Shown: one piece after another, positions 56,157 to 64,000 of the stretch | Layout of the letters: each line of letters opens with the position of its first letter | Position numbering within the stretch: position 1 is the first letter of the stretch | Source: a virus | Taxonomy: Duplodnaviria > Caudoviricetes | Length of the DNA stretch: 64,000 bases | Reading direction: 5' to 3' (one strand) | IMG/VR virus record: IMGVR_UViG_3300001580_000017 | Location: 11,066 to 75,065 of that record | The notes under the pieces: generated by a model | What the model was told of the DNA's origin: nothing | Databases searched by the model: none | The model's input: the letters and a program-made list of their open reading frames with translations, nothing else | Translations under genes and position numbers: made by a program

Positions 56157-56176
56157 GGCGGGGTATTTACTCCGCC
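56157..56176 (-). terminator. Terminator-like hairpin over the gp55 stop codon
   Basis: GGCGGAGTA/TACCCCGCC stem followed by ATTTGATTGTTT. Confidence 0.55.
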
Positions 56177-56928
56177 GAATCATTTATAGAAAGAGAAGAA
56201 TCAGACGAAGAACATGGGGCGAGTTCTGCCGCAATACTTTTATCCCCTCTTTTAAAATTTTCATAAACTTCACTATCTTCATCCATCATTTGCTGTTCTA
56301 ATTCGTTTATATAATCACTAATATCTTCGCCGTTGTTGTAATCATAATTCAACATCTTATCATTCGCAACGAATCTTTTTACATATTCAAATTTATTTCT
56401 GAATAGTTTTTTCTCTGCTGCGATTTCCTGTAAGAAAGCATGATAAACACTTTTTGTGAAATACCAGAATGGACTTTTAAATTTCTCTGTATCAAATTTC
56501 TGCAATCCGCTCATACAGTGTTCCATTGCTAATAATTTCATATCTTCCAAATAAGAATATCCCCGGTATTTATGGAGTGTGGCATAATGATCTATAATTG
56601 ACATAATATTTACACCAATTCTGTTGTGCATCAATTTATAATCTCTTTTTTCTTTTGAAGATAATGTTAAATCATTTAATTTTATTGTATATTGGTCTAT
56701 AAGAATTTCATGTTCTGTTACCAATTTATTAACTTTGGGGATTGATCTTGAGTTTTTTTCTAATACTTCTTTAATTCTGGATTTGTTGGTTTCAATTGCT
56801 TCGGATAAAATTTCAATATTATCTAATCTGATTTTCAATTTCTGCCAGTTGACCATATCATTATAAAATTCTTTGTCGTTGATATAATGACTGCTTTTGT
56901 TTTTTGTTGTTTTTTCTTCACACTTCAT
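56167..56928 (-). CDS. gp55: Late-transcription sigma factor gp55
   Basis: HYINDKEFY, IG..IM.I, YRGYSYLEDM, FDTEKFKSPFWYFT...AFLQEI..EKK. Confidence 0.9.
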   Translation of the reverse strand: MKCEEKTTKNKSSHYINDKEFYNDMVNWQKLKIRLDNIEILSEAIETNKSRIKEVLEKNSRSIPKVNKLVTEHEILIDQYTIKLNDLTLSSKEKRDYKLMHNRIGVNIMSIIDHYATLHKYRGYSYLEDMKLLAMEHCMSGLQKFDTEKFKSPFWYFTKSVYHAFLQEIAAEKKLFRNKFEYVKRFVANDKMLNYDYNNGEDISDYINELEQQMMDEDSEVYENFKRGDKSIAAELAPCSSSDSSLSINDSAE

Positions 56929-57096
56929 GTATTCCTCTTTTTGATTTAATTTTAGTTTAATTAAAAATATTATTATAAAAGTTTGATTATATTAGAAATA
57001 TAATCAAAAAATTCAAATTAGTAAACAGTTAAAATGAAAATAAATGAAAATCGTCCGAAATTTGGAAAATAAATCGGACGAAGATTAAAATGGGTG

Positions 57097-57125
57097 TTGA
57101 CTAAAAGAGAATTATTGTTTATATT
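57097..57125 (+). promoter_or_regulatory. Sigma70-type promoter
   Basis: TTGACT-N17-TATATT. Confidence 0.6.
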
Positions 57126-57161
57126 GTATATGGTGGGCAATATTTTTATAGAATTTGTTTT

Positions 57162-57169
57162 TATAAATA
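57162..57169 (+). promoter_or_regulatory. Late promoter
   Basis: Exact TATAAATA; SD AGGAG downstream. Confidence 0.7.
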
Positions 57170-57204
57170 ATATTATATATTAAAAATAACAAGGAGTAGC
57201 AAAA

Positions 57205-58905
57205 ATGACAACACAATATGAAAGAAAGAAAGTAGAACTGATATGTAAGTATTGCAATGAAATATTCTATCACGAAAATCACTTTAAAATGAGTTGCGGA
57301 AAACCTGAATGTGAAGAAGCTAAAAGAAGATTAAAAGGGCAGAAGATAGCAAATTCCGCTTCCAAAGTTTCAAAAGAGGATAAACATAAACGAATTGAAA
57401 AAAGAAATAAAACCATGATAAACAAATATGGAGTATATAATTTAATGAAAACCCCCGAAGGCAAACAGCGTTATTCTGATCTATGGAAAAATAAAACCAA
57501 AGAGGAAATTGATACAATTCAAGAGAAAATTAGAAACACTTGTCAGGAAAAATTTGGAGTAGATAATTACGCGAAAACGGATGAACATAAACTTAGGCAA
57601 AAAGAAATATGGGAAAATAAACCACAAGAAGAAAAAGATGAGATAAACAATAAAAAAATTCAAACAAGCATTGAATTATATGGAGTGGAACATCCCATGA
57701 AATCGCCAGCGGTGTTGGAGAAACGAGTTCAAACTAATCTTGAAAAATATGGCGAGATTCATCCACTTAAAACTCCAGAAGTGAAACAACATTTACGGGA
57801 TTCATATAAAGAGAAATATGGCGTGGATCACCCTATGAAAGATAAAGAAATTTGCGATAAATGCCACGAAAAAGTTAAAGAATTTTATGATAATAAAATA
57901 TACACCAAAGTTTGCCCGGTATGTAATTTGGAATTTACCACAACTTTTGATAAACACAAAAAACAAAAGTATTGTTCTGATATATGTAAGAAAGAATCCG
58001 AAAAAATCAGACTAAGAAAAATAAAAGAAACAAAGAAAGAAATATACGGTGATGAAAATTATACCAACATAGATAAAATGAAAATTTCTTGGAATAATAA
58101 AACACCCGAAGAATTAGAAGAAATAAAACAAAAACATGTAAAGTATTATATGGATAAATATGGTGTGAGTTGTTTCTCTAAAACTGAGGAATTTAAAGAA
58201 AAATTTAAACAAATATGTTTAGATTTATATGGTGTAGAAAATGTATTTCAAAATGAAGAAATAAAACAAAAAATAAGAGAAGCCAATATAGAAAAATATG
58301 GTGTTGATCATTTTATGAAAACGGATGAAGGAAAAAATGTTATTTCGGAAATATATAATAGTAAATCACAAGAAGAAAAAGATGCTATAACAGAAAAAGT
58401 TAAAGAAACCAATTTGGAAAAATACGGAACAGTTGCTCCTTTGCAAAATGAAGAGATAAAAAGCAAAGTTAAAAAAACTTGTATGAATAGATACGGAGTA
58501 AATAATCCTATGCAGTGTGAAGAAATATTCAATAAATCAATTCATAACAGCAAACAATGGAAAAACTATATTCTTCCATCGGGCAAAGAAATAAAAATTC
58601 AAGGATATGAATGGATATATCTGGATGAATATTTTAACGAAGGTAAATTAGAGGAAAATATAATAATTCATCCAACTCAAGATATTATAGGCAAAATATG
58701 GTATTATACTGCGGATGGTAAGAAACACAAATATTATCCCGATTTTTATATTCCAACAGAAAATAAAATAGTAGAAGTTAAATCTACATGGACTATGAAA
58801 CGAGATTTAGAAATAAATTCACTCAAACAAAAAGCCTGTATAGAAGCTGGCTATAATTTTGATTTGTATGTGTATGATAATCGCAAGAATAGAATATTAT
58901 GTTAA
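57205..58905 (+). CDS. Putative homing endonuclease: about 10 (K/L)YGV helical repeats, zinc ribbons, C-terminal PD-(D/E)XK domain
   Basis: Repeats of T.LEKYGV.HP; YYPDFYIP...IVEVKS. Confidence 0.8.
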   Translation: MTTQYERKKVELICKYCNEIFYHENHFKMSCGKPECEEAKRRLKGQKIANSASKVSKEDKHKRIEKRNKTMINKYGVYNLMKTPEGKQRYSDLWKNKTKEEIDTIQEKIRNTCQEKFGVDNYAKTDEHKLRQKEIWENKPQEEKDEINNKKIQTSIELYGVEHPMKSPAVLEKRVQTNLEKYGEIHPLKTPEVKQHLRDSYKEKYGVDHPMKDKEICDKCHEKVKEFYDNKIYTKVCPVCNLEFTTTFDKHKKQKYCSDICKKESEKIRLRKIKETKKEIYGDENYTNIDKMKISWNNKTPEELEEIKQKHVKYYMDKYGVSCFSKTEEFKEKFKQICLDLYGVENVFQNEEIKQKIREANIEKYGVDHFMKTDEGKNVISEIYNSKSQEEKDAITEKVKETNLEKYGTVAPLQNEEIKSKVKKTCMNRYGVNNPMQCEEIFNKSIHNSKQWKNYILPSGKEIKIQGYEWIYLDEYFNEGKLEENIIIHPTQDIIGKIWYYTADGKKHKYYPDFYIPTENKIVEVKSTWTMKRDLEINSLKQKACIEAGYNFDLYVYDNRKNRILC

Positions 58906-58911
58906 CACAAT

Positions 58912-58940
58912 AAAAAAGGGAGTTCATTTGAACTCCCTTT
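58912..58940. terminator. Bidirectional terminator between endonuclease and gp23
   Basis: AAAGGGAGTTC/GAACTCCCTTT stem with A and T tracts. Confidence 0.85.
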
Positions 58941-58965
58941 AGTTGAATAGCTTTGAAAATTAATT

Positions 58966-60726
58966 CTAATATTCGCTTCCAGCACCAGCCAAACCCGAAA
59001 TTGAGCTGCCCGATAAATCGCAAGTAAATGTGCGGAAAAAAAAGCGGCCGCCGAAAATGTTATCTACCAGAGCATACCTCGTAAGGAATCCATAGCAGTC
59101 ATTGAAGTTAGCAGGATCAACTGCTTTTTTAACCATCAGAGCAATATAAGGACAGTAGATTATACCAGCATCAAAGTTGTTATTTCCTTTATATCCTACA
59201 AGGCAATAATCTTGACCGAATATGTTATAAGTATCACAGTAAACTTTGATAGTTCCGAGCATACCGCTGTAAGACAGACCAGAAACGAGGTTATCACCAG
59301 TTGTAGCTGCTGCTGGAATAAGATCAACATCCTGTAAAGCTGTCAGAACATTCGGTGTACAGATAGCAAAGTTACCAGCACCTTTTCTTGTGAACAGACC
59401 AATTCTATTAGCTTCGTTTCTCAGCTTAGTAGAAAGTGTCTGGAATTTTTCTTTCTGATTCAGTCCATCAGCATAAGCAGTTACTAAGTTACCAGAACCA
59501 CCGGTAGCAGGATTAGTCTGAGATACACCAACATAAGCACCATAAGCCCAAGAACCAGCATCAGTAGAAAGACTGATCATCCTGTCAAGAATCTCTGCGT
59601 TAATTTCGTTTGCGATTTCAAGTTCAGCCATTTTCATTAACTCTTCGTTAACAAGCATACCAAACTGAGCTTTTAAATCCTGATACATCTCATCAGTATA
59701 TTGGATTCTTAGCTTTCTTTCTTTCGTGATCACGGATATTCTTTCAAGTGTCATCTGCATTGTTTTATACTCAGGAGTTCCAGCAGGAGCACCATAAACA
59801 CCCATTAACTCACCAGTAGAAGTCGTATAAGTTCCTGTAAATCCTTTAAGAATAAACCTATAACCAATCTCGTTCCAGAAATACTGATAAACTTTAGCTT
59901 TGTCAGCTTCAACTGCACCACCAGTAATCGGATGTATTTCTTCACCAGCTTCACCAAGAAGTAGATAAGTTGCGCCAGTGAAATAAACACTATCAGCTAC
60001 AGCAGGAAGATCAGTTGGAGTTGTACCATTGAGGTATCTGTTAATCATGACTTTAATGAAATCAGCATTTTCTTCTTTATAAACGATTTCACCATAAATT
60101 TTTGTTGGCTGTGTCGAAAGTGCTGCATCTGCTGTATCGGATTTGACCATTAAACATCCAATGGTAACATTCGCGTAAACAGCATCAACATCAGCATTAC
60201 CAACATTTTTAGGAACAACTACTACATAGGACATGTGTGTTACATCAGCGGAAGTAGAAGTGTCCTGATCATAAGCCCTGTCAAGTCCAGACGGTTGTAA
60301 CCATGTTTTTTCCTTGTCACCGGCATATCTGTACCTTACAGCATAGATATATCCGTTAGGTGTATTCATTGCCTGTGTACCAACCAAGTCAAGAATACTC
60401 ATTGCTTTGTACAGCCTTCTCGTTGTCGGAACTAATATTTTCAGGAACGGCTCAACTCCACCAGTAGTCTGAACATAAGATTCTTTCAGGGATTTACCCA
60501 TTTTCTCATATTCGCCCTTTACCCAGTTGTGAGCATTTTCGATCAGAGTCGCCATGTTCGGCAAATCTTCTCTTTTCAATTTTGGAGCATTTTCAGCCAA
60601 AAGCATTTTTTCCCATTTTTTAATCAGGGTTGCTGACTGCTGAACTTTGTTTTCGTAATCCGCTTCTACCAGTCTTGTAGGTTTCTGGGTCGCTGAAGGT
60701 TTTACGGTTCTTGGTGTCATTTTCAT
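58966..60726 (-). CDS. gp23: Major capsid protein gp23
   Basis: LVGTQAMNTPNGYIYAVRYRY, TKERKL, DLKAQFG, EIANEINAEI, RKGAGNF, YKG...DAGIIYCPY, TRYAL. Confidence 0.97.
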   Translation of the reverse strand: MKMTPRTVKPSATQKPTRLVEADYENKVQQSATLIKKWEKMLLAENAPKLKREDLPNMATLIENAHNWVKGEYEKMGKSLKESYVQTTGGVEPFLKILVPTTRRLYKAMSILDLVGTQAMNTPNGYIYAVRYRYAGDKEKTWLQPSGLDRAYDQDTSTSADVTHMSYVVVVPKNVGNADVDAVYANVTIGCLMVKSDTADAALSTQPTKIYGEIVYKEENADFIKVMINRYLNGTTPTDLPAVADSVYFTGATYLLLGEAGEEIHPITGGAVEADKAKVYQYFWNEIGYRFILKGFTGTYTTSTGELMGVYGAPAGTPEYKTMQMTLERISVITKERKLRIQYTDEMYQDLKAQFGMLVNEELMKMAELEIANEINAEILDRMISLSTDAGSWAYGAYVGVSQTNPATGGSGNLVTAYADGLNQKEKFQTLSTKLRNEANRIGLFTRKGAGNFAICTPNVLTALQDVDLIPAAATTGDNLVSGLSYSGMLGTIKVYCDTYNIFGQDYCLVGYKGNNNFDAGIIYCPYIALMVKKAVDPANFNDCYGFLTRYALVDNIFGGRFFFRTFTCDLSGSSISGLAGAGSEY

Positions 60727-60782
60727 GTGGTTGTTACCTCATTTTAGTTATTGTTAATTGCCATTTTAATTTTATATATCCT

Positions 60783-60790
60783 TATTTATA
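60783..60790 (-). promoter_or_regulatory. Late promoter for gp23
   Basis: Exact TATAAATA. Confidence 0.8.
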
Positions 60791-60828
60791 AAAAAATAAA
60801 GGGGGGTCAAATTTTTATTTACATAAAA

Positions 60829-62133
60829 TTAAAAATTATCTAATGCCTTTGCATACATATCATCTTCTGTTTCTTCTGTGATTATTCCCTGCTGTTGTTC
60901 ATTCATCATTTCATTAACTACATCCCCGGTATAAAGATGAACGGCTCTTTCTTTTTGTTCTTTTATTAAAGGTTTTTTTGATGCAATCTTTTTGTTTTTT
61001 TCTTCTTTTATAATTTGAACAGCGTATTCTTTTAATTCATTATAGAACAGTTCGTGATTACCGGCTTTTATAGTTTTTGCGTGTTGTTCAACTTTCTCAC
61101 AAATTTTATCATCTTTAATTTCTTCTGTGATATCCCTGATCAATCCTTGTCTGATGAGACTGAAAGTTTTTGATTTGAGTTCTTTCACATTTTCTTTTAA
61201 AGTTGAATTTTCTTTAATTGCTTTCTGTTTTTCCTGTTCTAACATTTTTTTATCAGTGGTCAGAACATCAACAACAGAATTTAATTTTTTGAATTTTTCC
61301 TGTAATTTGAGAAAATCTTCTTTGTACTTTAAGCTTTCATTAACTATCGCTTCATTGATAAAAGAATCTTTCATTTCCATCATGAGTTCTCTTGAAACAT
61401 AATCAATGTGTTCATCAATATTTTTTCTTTCAGTTTTGATGAAATCATTTATTTCTTTGTCCTTTGACTGTTCAATTTCAAAGATTTTAAGTTTAAGTCT
61501 GTCATCAAAAGATTCGGATAGAACCTTTATTTGATTATGGAGGAAATTCTGAAGGGTGTTTTTCACTCTTGCTTTAAGTGGATCAGAAATAGTTTTATTT
61601 TCAACGATTGAAATAATTTTTTGAATTTCTTCGTTGATGGCTTCTTTCAGATCAGTTGTTTCTTTTTCTGTCACCGATTCAATAGACTGTATTCTTTGTT
61701 CAACTTTCTCTTTAATGTCTTTTGAATAAGATGTGGAGAATTTTTGTTCTTCTTCATCTTTTCTCAGGGCAGTTTTTATTTTATTGATTTCCTGAGTTAT
61801 CATTTTCTTTTGTTTTTTCTTTAGTTCCGGGTCAATGTATTCGGCATCAATCGGATCACAATCAGGATCAACAACTTTTTCTTCTTCTGATGTTTGTTCT
61901 TCTTCCTCTTTTATTTCTTCAAATGCTGAGAAATTTTCAGAAAGAATATTTTTAGAAATGACACCAATATAATCAGTATCAGTTTCATCATATCCGTGTT
62001 CTTTTTTGACACAGATAGTTACATCATCGGGGCTTTCTGAAAGAACTTTTATTTTATCGTCTTTCAATATAACAAACATCTCAGGATTTATAGTATCTTT
62101 CAATGCTTTGTATTCTTTGTTATTATTTTTCAT
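60829..62133 (-). CDS. gp22: Prohead scaffold gp22-like
   Basis: Coiled coil, IDYVSRELMMEMKDSF, MYAKAL C-terminus, directly upstream of gp23, many LSES/INEE sites. Confidence 0.75.
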   Translation of the reverse strand: MKNNNKEYKALKDTINPEMFVILKDDKIKVLSESPDDVTICVKKEHGYDETDTDYIGVISKNILSENFSAFEEIKEEEEQTSEEEKVVDPDCDPIDAEYIDPELKKKQKKMITQEINKIKTALRKDEEEQKFSTSYSKDIKEKVEQRIQSIESVTEKETTDLKEAINEEIQKIISIVENKTISDPLKARVKNTLQNFLHNQIKVLSESFDDRLKLKIFEIEQSKDKEINDFIKTERKNIDEHIDYVSRELMMEMKDSFINEAIVNESLKYKEDFLKLQEKFKKLNSVVDVLTTDKKMLEQEKQKAIKENSTLKENVKELKSKTFSLIRQGLIRDITEEIKDDKICEKVEQHAKTIKAGNHELFYNELKEYAVQIIKEEKNKKIASKKPLIKEQKERAVHLYTGDVVNEMMNEQQQGIITEETEDDMYAKALDNF

Positions 62134-62134
62134 T

Positions 62135-63706
62135 TTATCCTCTGTTTGAATTTTTATTAATTTTTGAAGATTCTGACATCAATGCTGACCACGCGTCTTT
62201 TTTAAATGCCCACTGCGCTTTTCCACCATACATTGCTAATTTTTCTTTTGGTGTATATTCTTTTTCTTTGGGCATAATATATCTATATTTGTGTTGTGCT
62301 TTTTTTATATAATTTTCTATATCTATAGGTTTATAATCCGATATATATGTTATTGCTCCATTTATATCTGATCGAGATTTATTTTTTGGATAATATGGGG
62401 GCAATAATTCTGCATCGCCAAAAGGAGTTTCTGCTAATCCATCTTCGTCATCTGATCCACCAATCATATCCCACACCATGTTTGCTTTTTCTTTGGAATC
62501 AAATAATCCAAAGTACCCATCAACGATAACTGCCCATTTATCTGTATTATTATTTATAGCATAAGTTGATACCAATTTAACTGATTCATCTATTTTTGTT
62601 AAACGATTCTTGAACATTGTTTCTATTGATCCGTCATCCATTTTAAGTGCTACTTCTTTTGACCAATCTACGGCTTTATATGCCCCGGATACATCTTTTG
62701 GAACTCCTCTATCACCAATTCTGACTTTTTTTCTATCTATTACTGTTCCTTTTTTGTTGGATAATGTGCCGCTTCCATCAGATATTTTAACTCTGTCACC
62801 AATATTAAAGGTAGAAGATTCATCCAATTCTTTTCCATAAACAGCATCGGAATCTAATTTTAAATTTTTTATTTCTTTATCAATATTGGCTTTTATCTTT
62901 TTTGCATCAGTGACATTTCCCGATTTTCTCATTGCTTTATAATCTTTCACCCAAGATTTTAATCCTTTTGGAATTTCACTACATTCATCTAATCTCAATA
63001 TATCAATGCTTCCTCTTTCTCCAACCATCCAAACATTCGGATAATAACCGTTATCATCCATCCAATCTAAAATGTATTCTTTGGCTGAATCAAGATCGTC
63101 GGTGTGTTTTAAGAGTTTTCCCGCATAATTAATAATGTATCCACCTCGTATTCTATCTGAAACAAATATATCATTATCTTCATCAGGAGAAAAATCAAGT
63201 TTTTTTGCTTCTTTTATTTCTTTCTCTTCATTCGTCTGTGTATAAACTCTATCCCACACAATATTTTTATCAGAAGAATCAACACCGATGAAATATTCTT
63301 TTAAAAGGATCATGTTCTCTTTTAAATTTTCTGCATCTTTTGATTTTTTTCGAGCATTCATTAATCCTTTATCTGAATTAATTTTCTCTATAATACTTTT
63401 CGTTACATCTTTTTTAGAAACGGAATAATTGGATATTTCACCATTTATGATTTCTTCCATATCTTCCCAGTTATTATCAAAAAATTCTTCATCTGGAGGA
63501 GTAGCCCAATCGAAATTAACTTTGTCTCTTTCATTTTTGGGATAAGTCACTGTGCAGAAATATTCATTATCATTCACAGTGAAAACAACTTCGTATTCCC
63601 TTGAATCAATTTTGTCTATACTAATATCGTATTTAATGCTTTCTTCACTTTCTTTTAAGTTGTCAGTATAAACATCCCAAAGAGTTGTTTCAATTATTTT
63701 TAACAT
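62135..63706 (-). CDS. Multi-domain putative internal head polyprotein
   Basis: Modules separated by NLKES, LKEN, IKEA, LDES, IDES, MSES; one KOW/SH3-like module FNIGDRVKI. Confidence 0.55.
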   Translation of the reverse strand: MLKIIETTLWDVYTDNLKESEESIKYDISIDKIDSREYEVVFTVNDNEYFCTVTYPKNERDKVNFDWATPPDEEFFDNNWEDMEEIINGEISNYSVSKKDVTKSIIEKINSDKGLMNARKKSKDAENLKENMILLKEYFIGVDSSDKNIVWDRVYTQTNEEKEIKEAKKLDFSPDEDNDIFVSDRIRGGYIINYAGKLLKHTDDLDSAKEYILDWMDDNGYYPNVWMVGERGSIDILRLDECSEIPKGLKSWVKDYKAMRKSGNVTDAKKIKANIDKEIKNLKLDSDAVYGKELDESSTFNIGDRVKISDGSGTLSNKKGTVIDRKKVRIGDRGVPKDVSGAYKAVDWSKEVALKMDDGSIETMFKNRLTKIDESVKLVSTYAINNNTDKWAVIVDGYFGLFDSKEKANMVWDMIGGSDDEDGLAETPFGDAELLPPYYPKNKSRSDINGAITYISDYKPIDIENYIKKAQHKYRYIMPKEKEYTPKEKLAMYGGKAQWAFKKDAWSALMSESSKINKNSNRG

Positions 63707-63708
63707 TT

Positions 63709-64000
63709 CTATATCCTTTTGTTTTTATTTTTATTATCAGCATAAATTTTAAATTCAAATTCAAAACCGTTGTCTTTACATTTTTCTTCTTTCAACAAAT
63801 TACTTGGTAATTCTTTGGCATAAATCCATGTAGATTTAACTTCCACTATTTTATTTATAGATTTAATATAAAAATCCGGATAGTATCTGTGTTTCTTTCC
63901 ATTTGTTGATTTGTACCATATCTTTCCAATTATATCTTGAGTTGGATGAACAATTATATCTTCCTCTGATCCCTTATTATAGAAATATTCATCGAGATAT
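63709..64000 (-). CDS. C-terminal part of a PD-(D/E)XK endonuclease paralogous to 57205..58905 (5' end off window)
   Basis: Manual translation YLDEYF...HPTQDIIGKIWY...GKKHRYYPDFYI...KIVEVKSTW. Confidence 0.85.
   Translation of the reverse strand, partial: YLDEYFYNKGSEEDIIVHPTQDIIGKIWYKSTNGKKHRYYPDFYIKSINKIVEVKSTWIYAKELPSNLLKEEKCKDNGFEFEFKIYADNKNKNKRI
63852..63859 (-). promoter_or_regulatory. Late promoter embedded in the endonuclease ORF, serving the head operon
   Basis: Exact TATAAATA about 146 nt upstream of 63706. Confidence 0.5.

Noticed and set aside
55997-56266. Plus-strand ORF downstream of the orphan late promoter
   Set aside because: Its start lies upstream of the promoter, it overlaps two minus-strand genes and it has no recognisable motif
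1-64000. CRISPR array, tRNA or rRNA genes
   Set aside because: No regularly spaced direct repeats and no cloverleaf or T-loop signature found by eye; tRNAscan-SE and a CRISPR finder would confirm

Overview
A strongly AT-rich 64 kb segment of a large T4-like (Tevenvirinae-related, probably jumbo) myovirus genome, with most genes on the minus strand. Recognisable core genes: gp23 capsid, gp22 scaffold, gp13 neck, baseplate/tail gp26, gp51, gp29-like tape measure, gp48, gp53 and a gp54/19-like protein, gp55 late sigma factor, gp32 SSB, the N-terminal half of a split gp43 polymerase, gp41 helicase, gp44 clamp loader, UvsX/UvsY/UvsW, a RuvC-like resolvase, NAD-dependent ligase, class II RNR (NrdJ), a C5 cytosine methyltransferase, a PAPS-reductase-family protein and an M15 endolysin. 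Two promoter classes are visible: host-type TTGACA-N17-TA(T/A)(A/C)TT early promoters and T4-type TATAAATA late promoters. Main unusual features: (1) a fractured dUTPase gene whose halves carry a naturally split intein with atypical catalytic residues, separated by a free-standing Vsr-like (EDxHD) endonuclease; (2) three transposase-less TnpB genes behind phage late promoters, two of them sharing a conserved 3' omegaRNA-like end but having different guides; (3) a phage Hfq/Sm-like gene plus two candidate structured RNAs; (4) a set of late genes with capsid-targeting-like N-termini and repeated gp21-type cleavage sites, including a kinase-like, an ADP-ribosyltransferase-like and an LRR protein; (5) a shared C-terminal TFLD(I/L)L tail on the methyltransferase and the PAPS-reductase-like protein. 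No tRNA, rRNA or CRISPR array was seen. All calls come from motif recognition by eye; no database search was run, so novelty claims are unverified.
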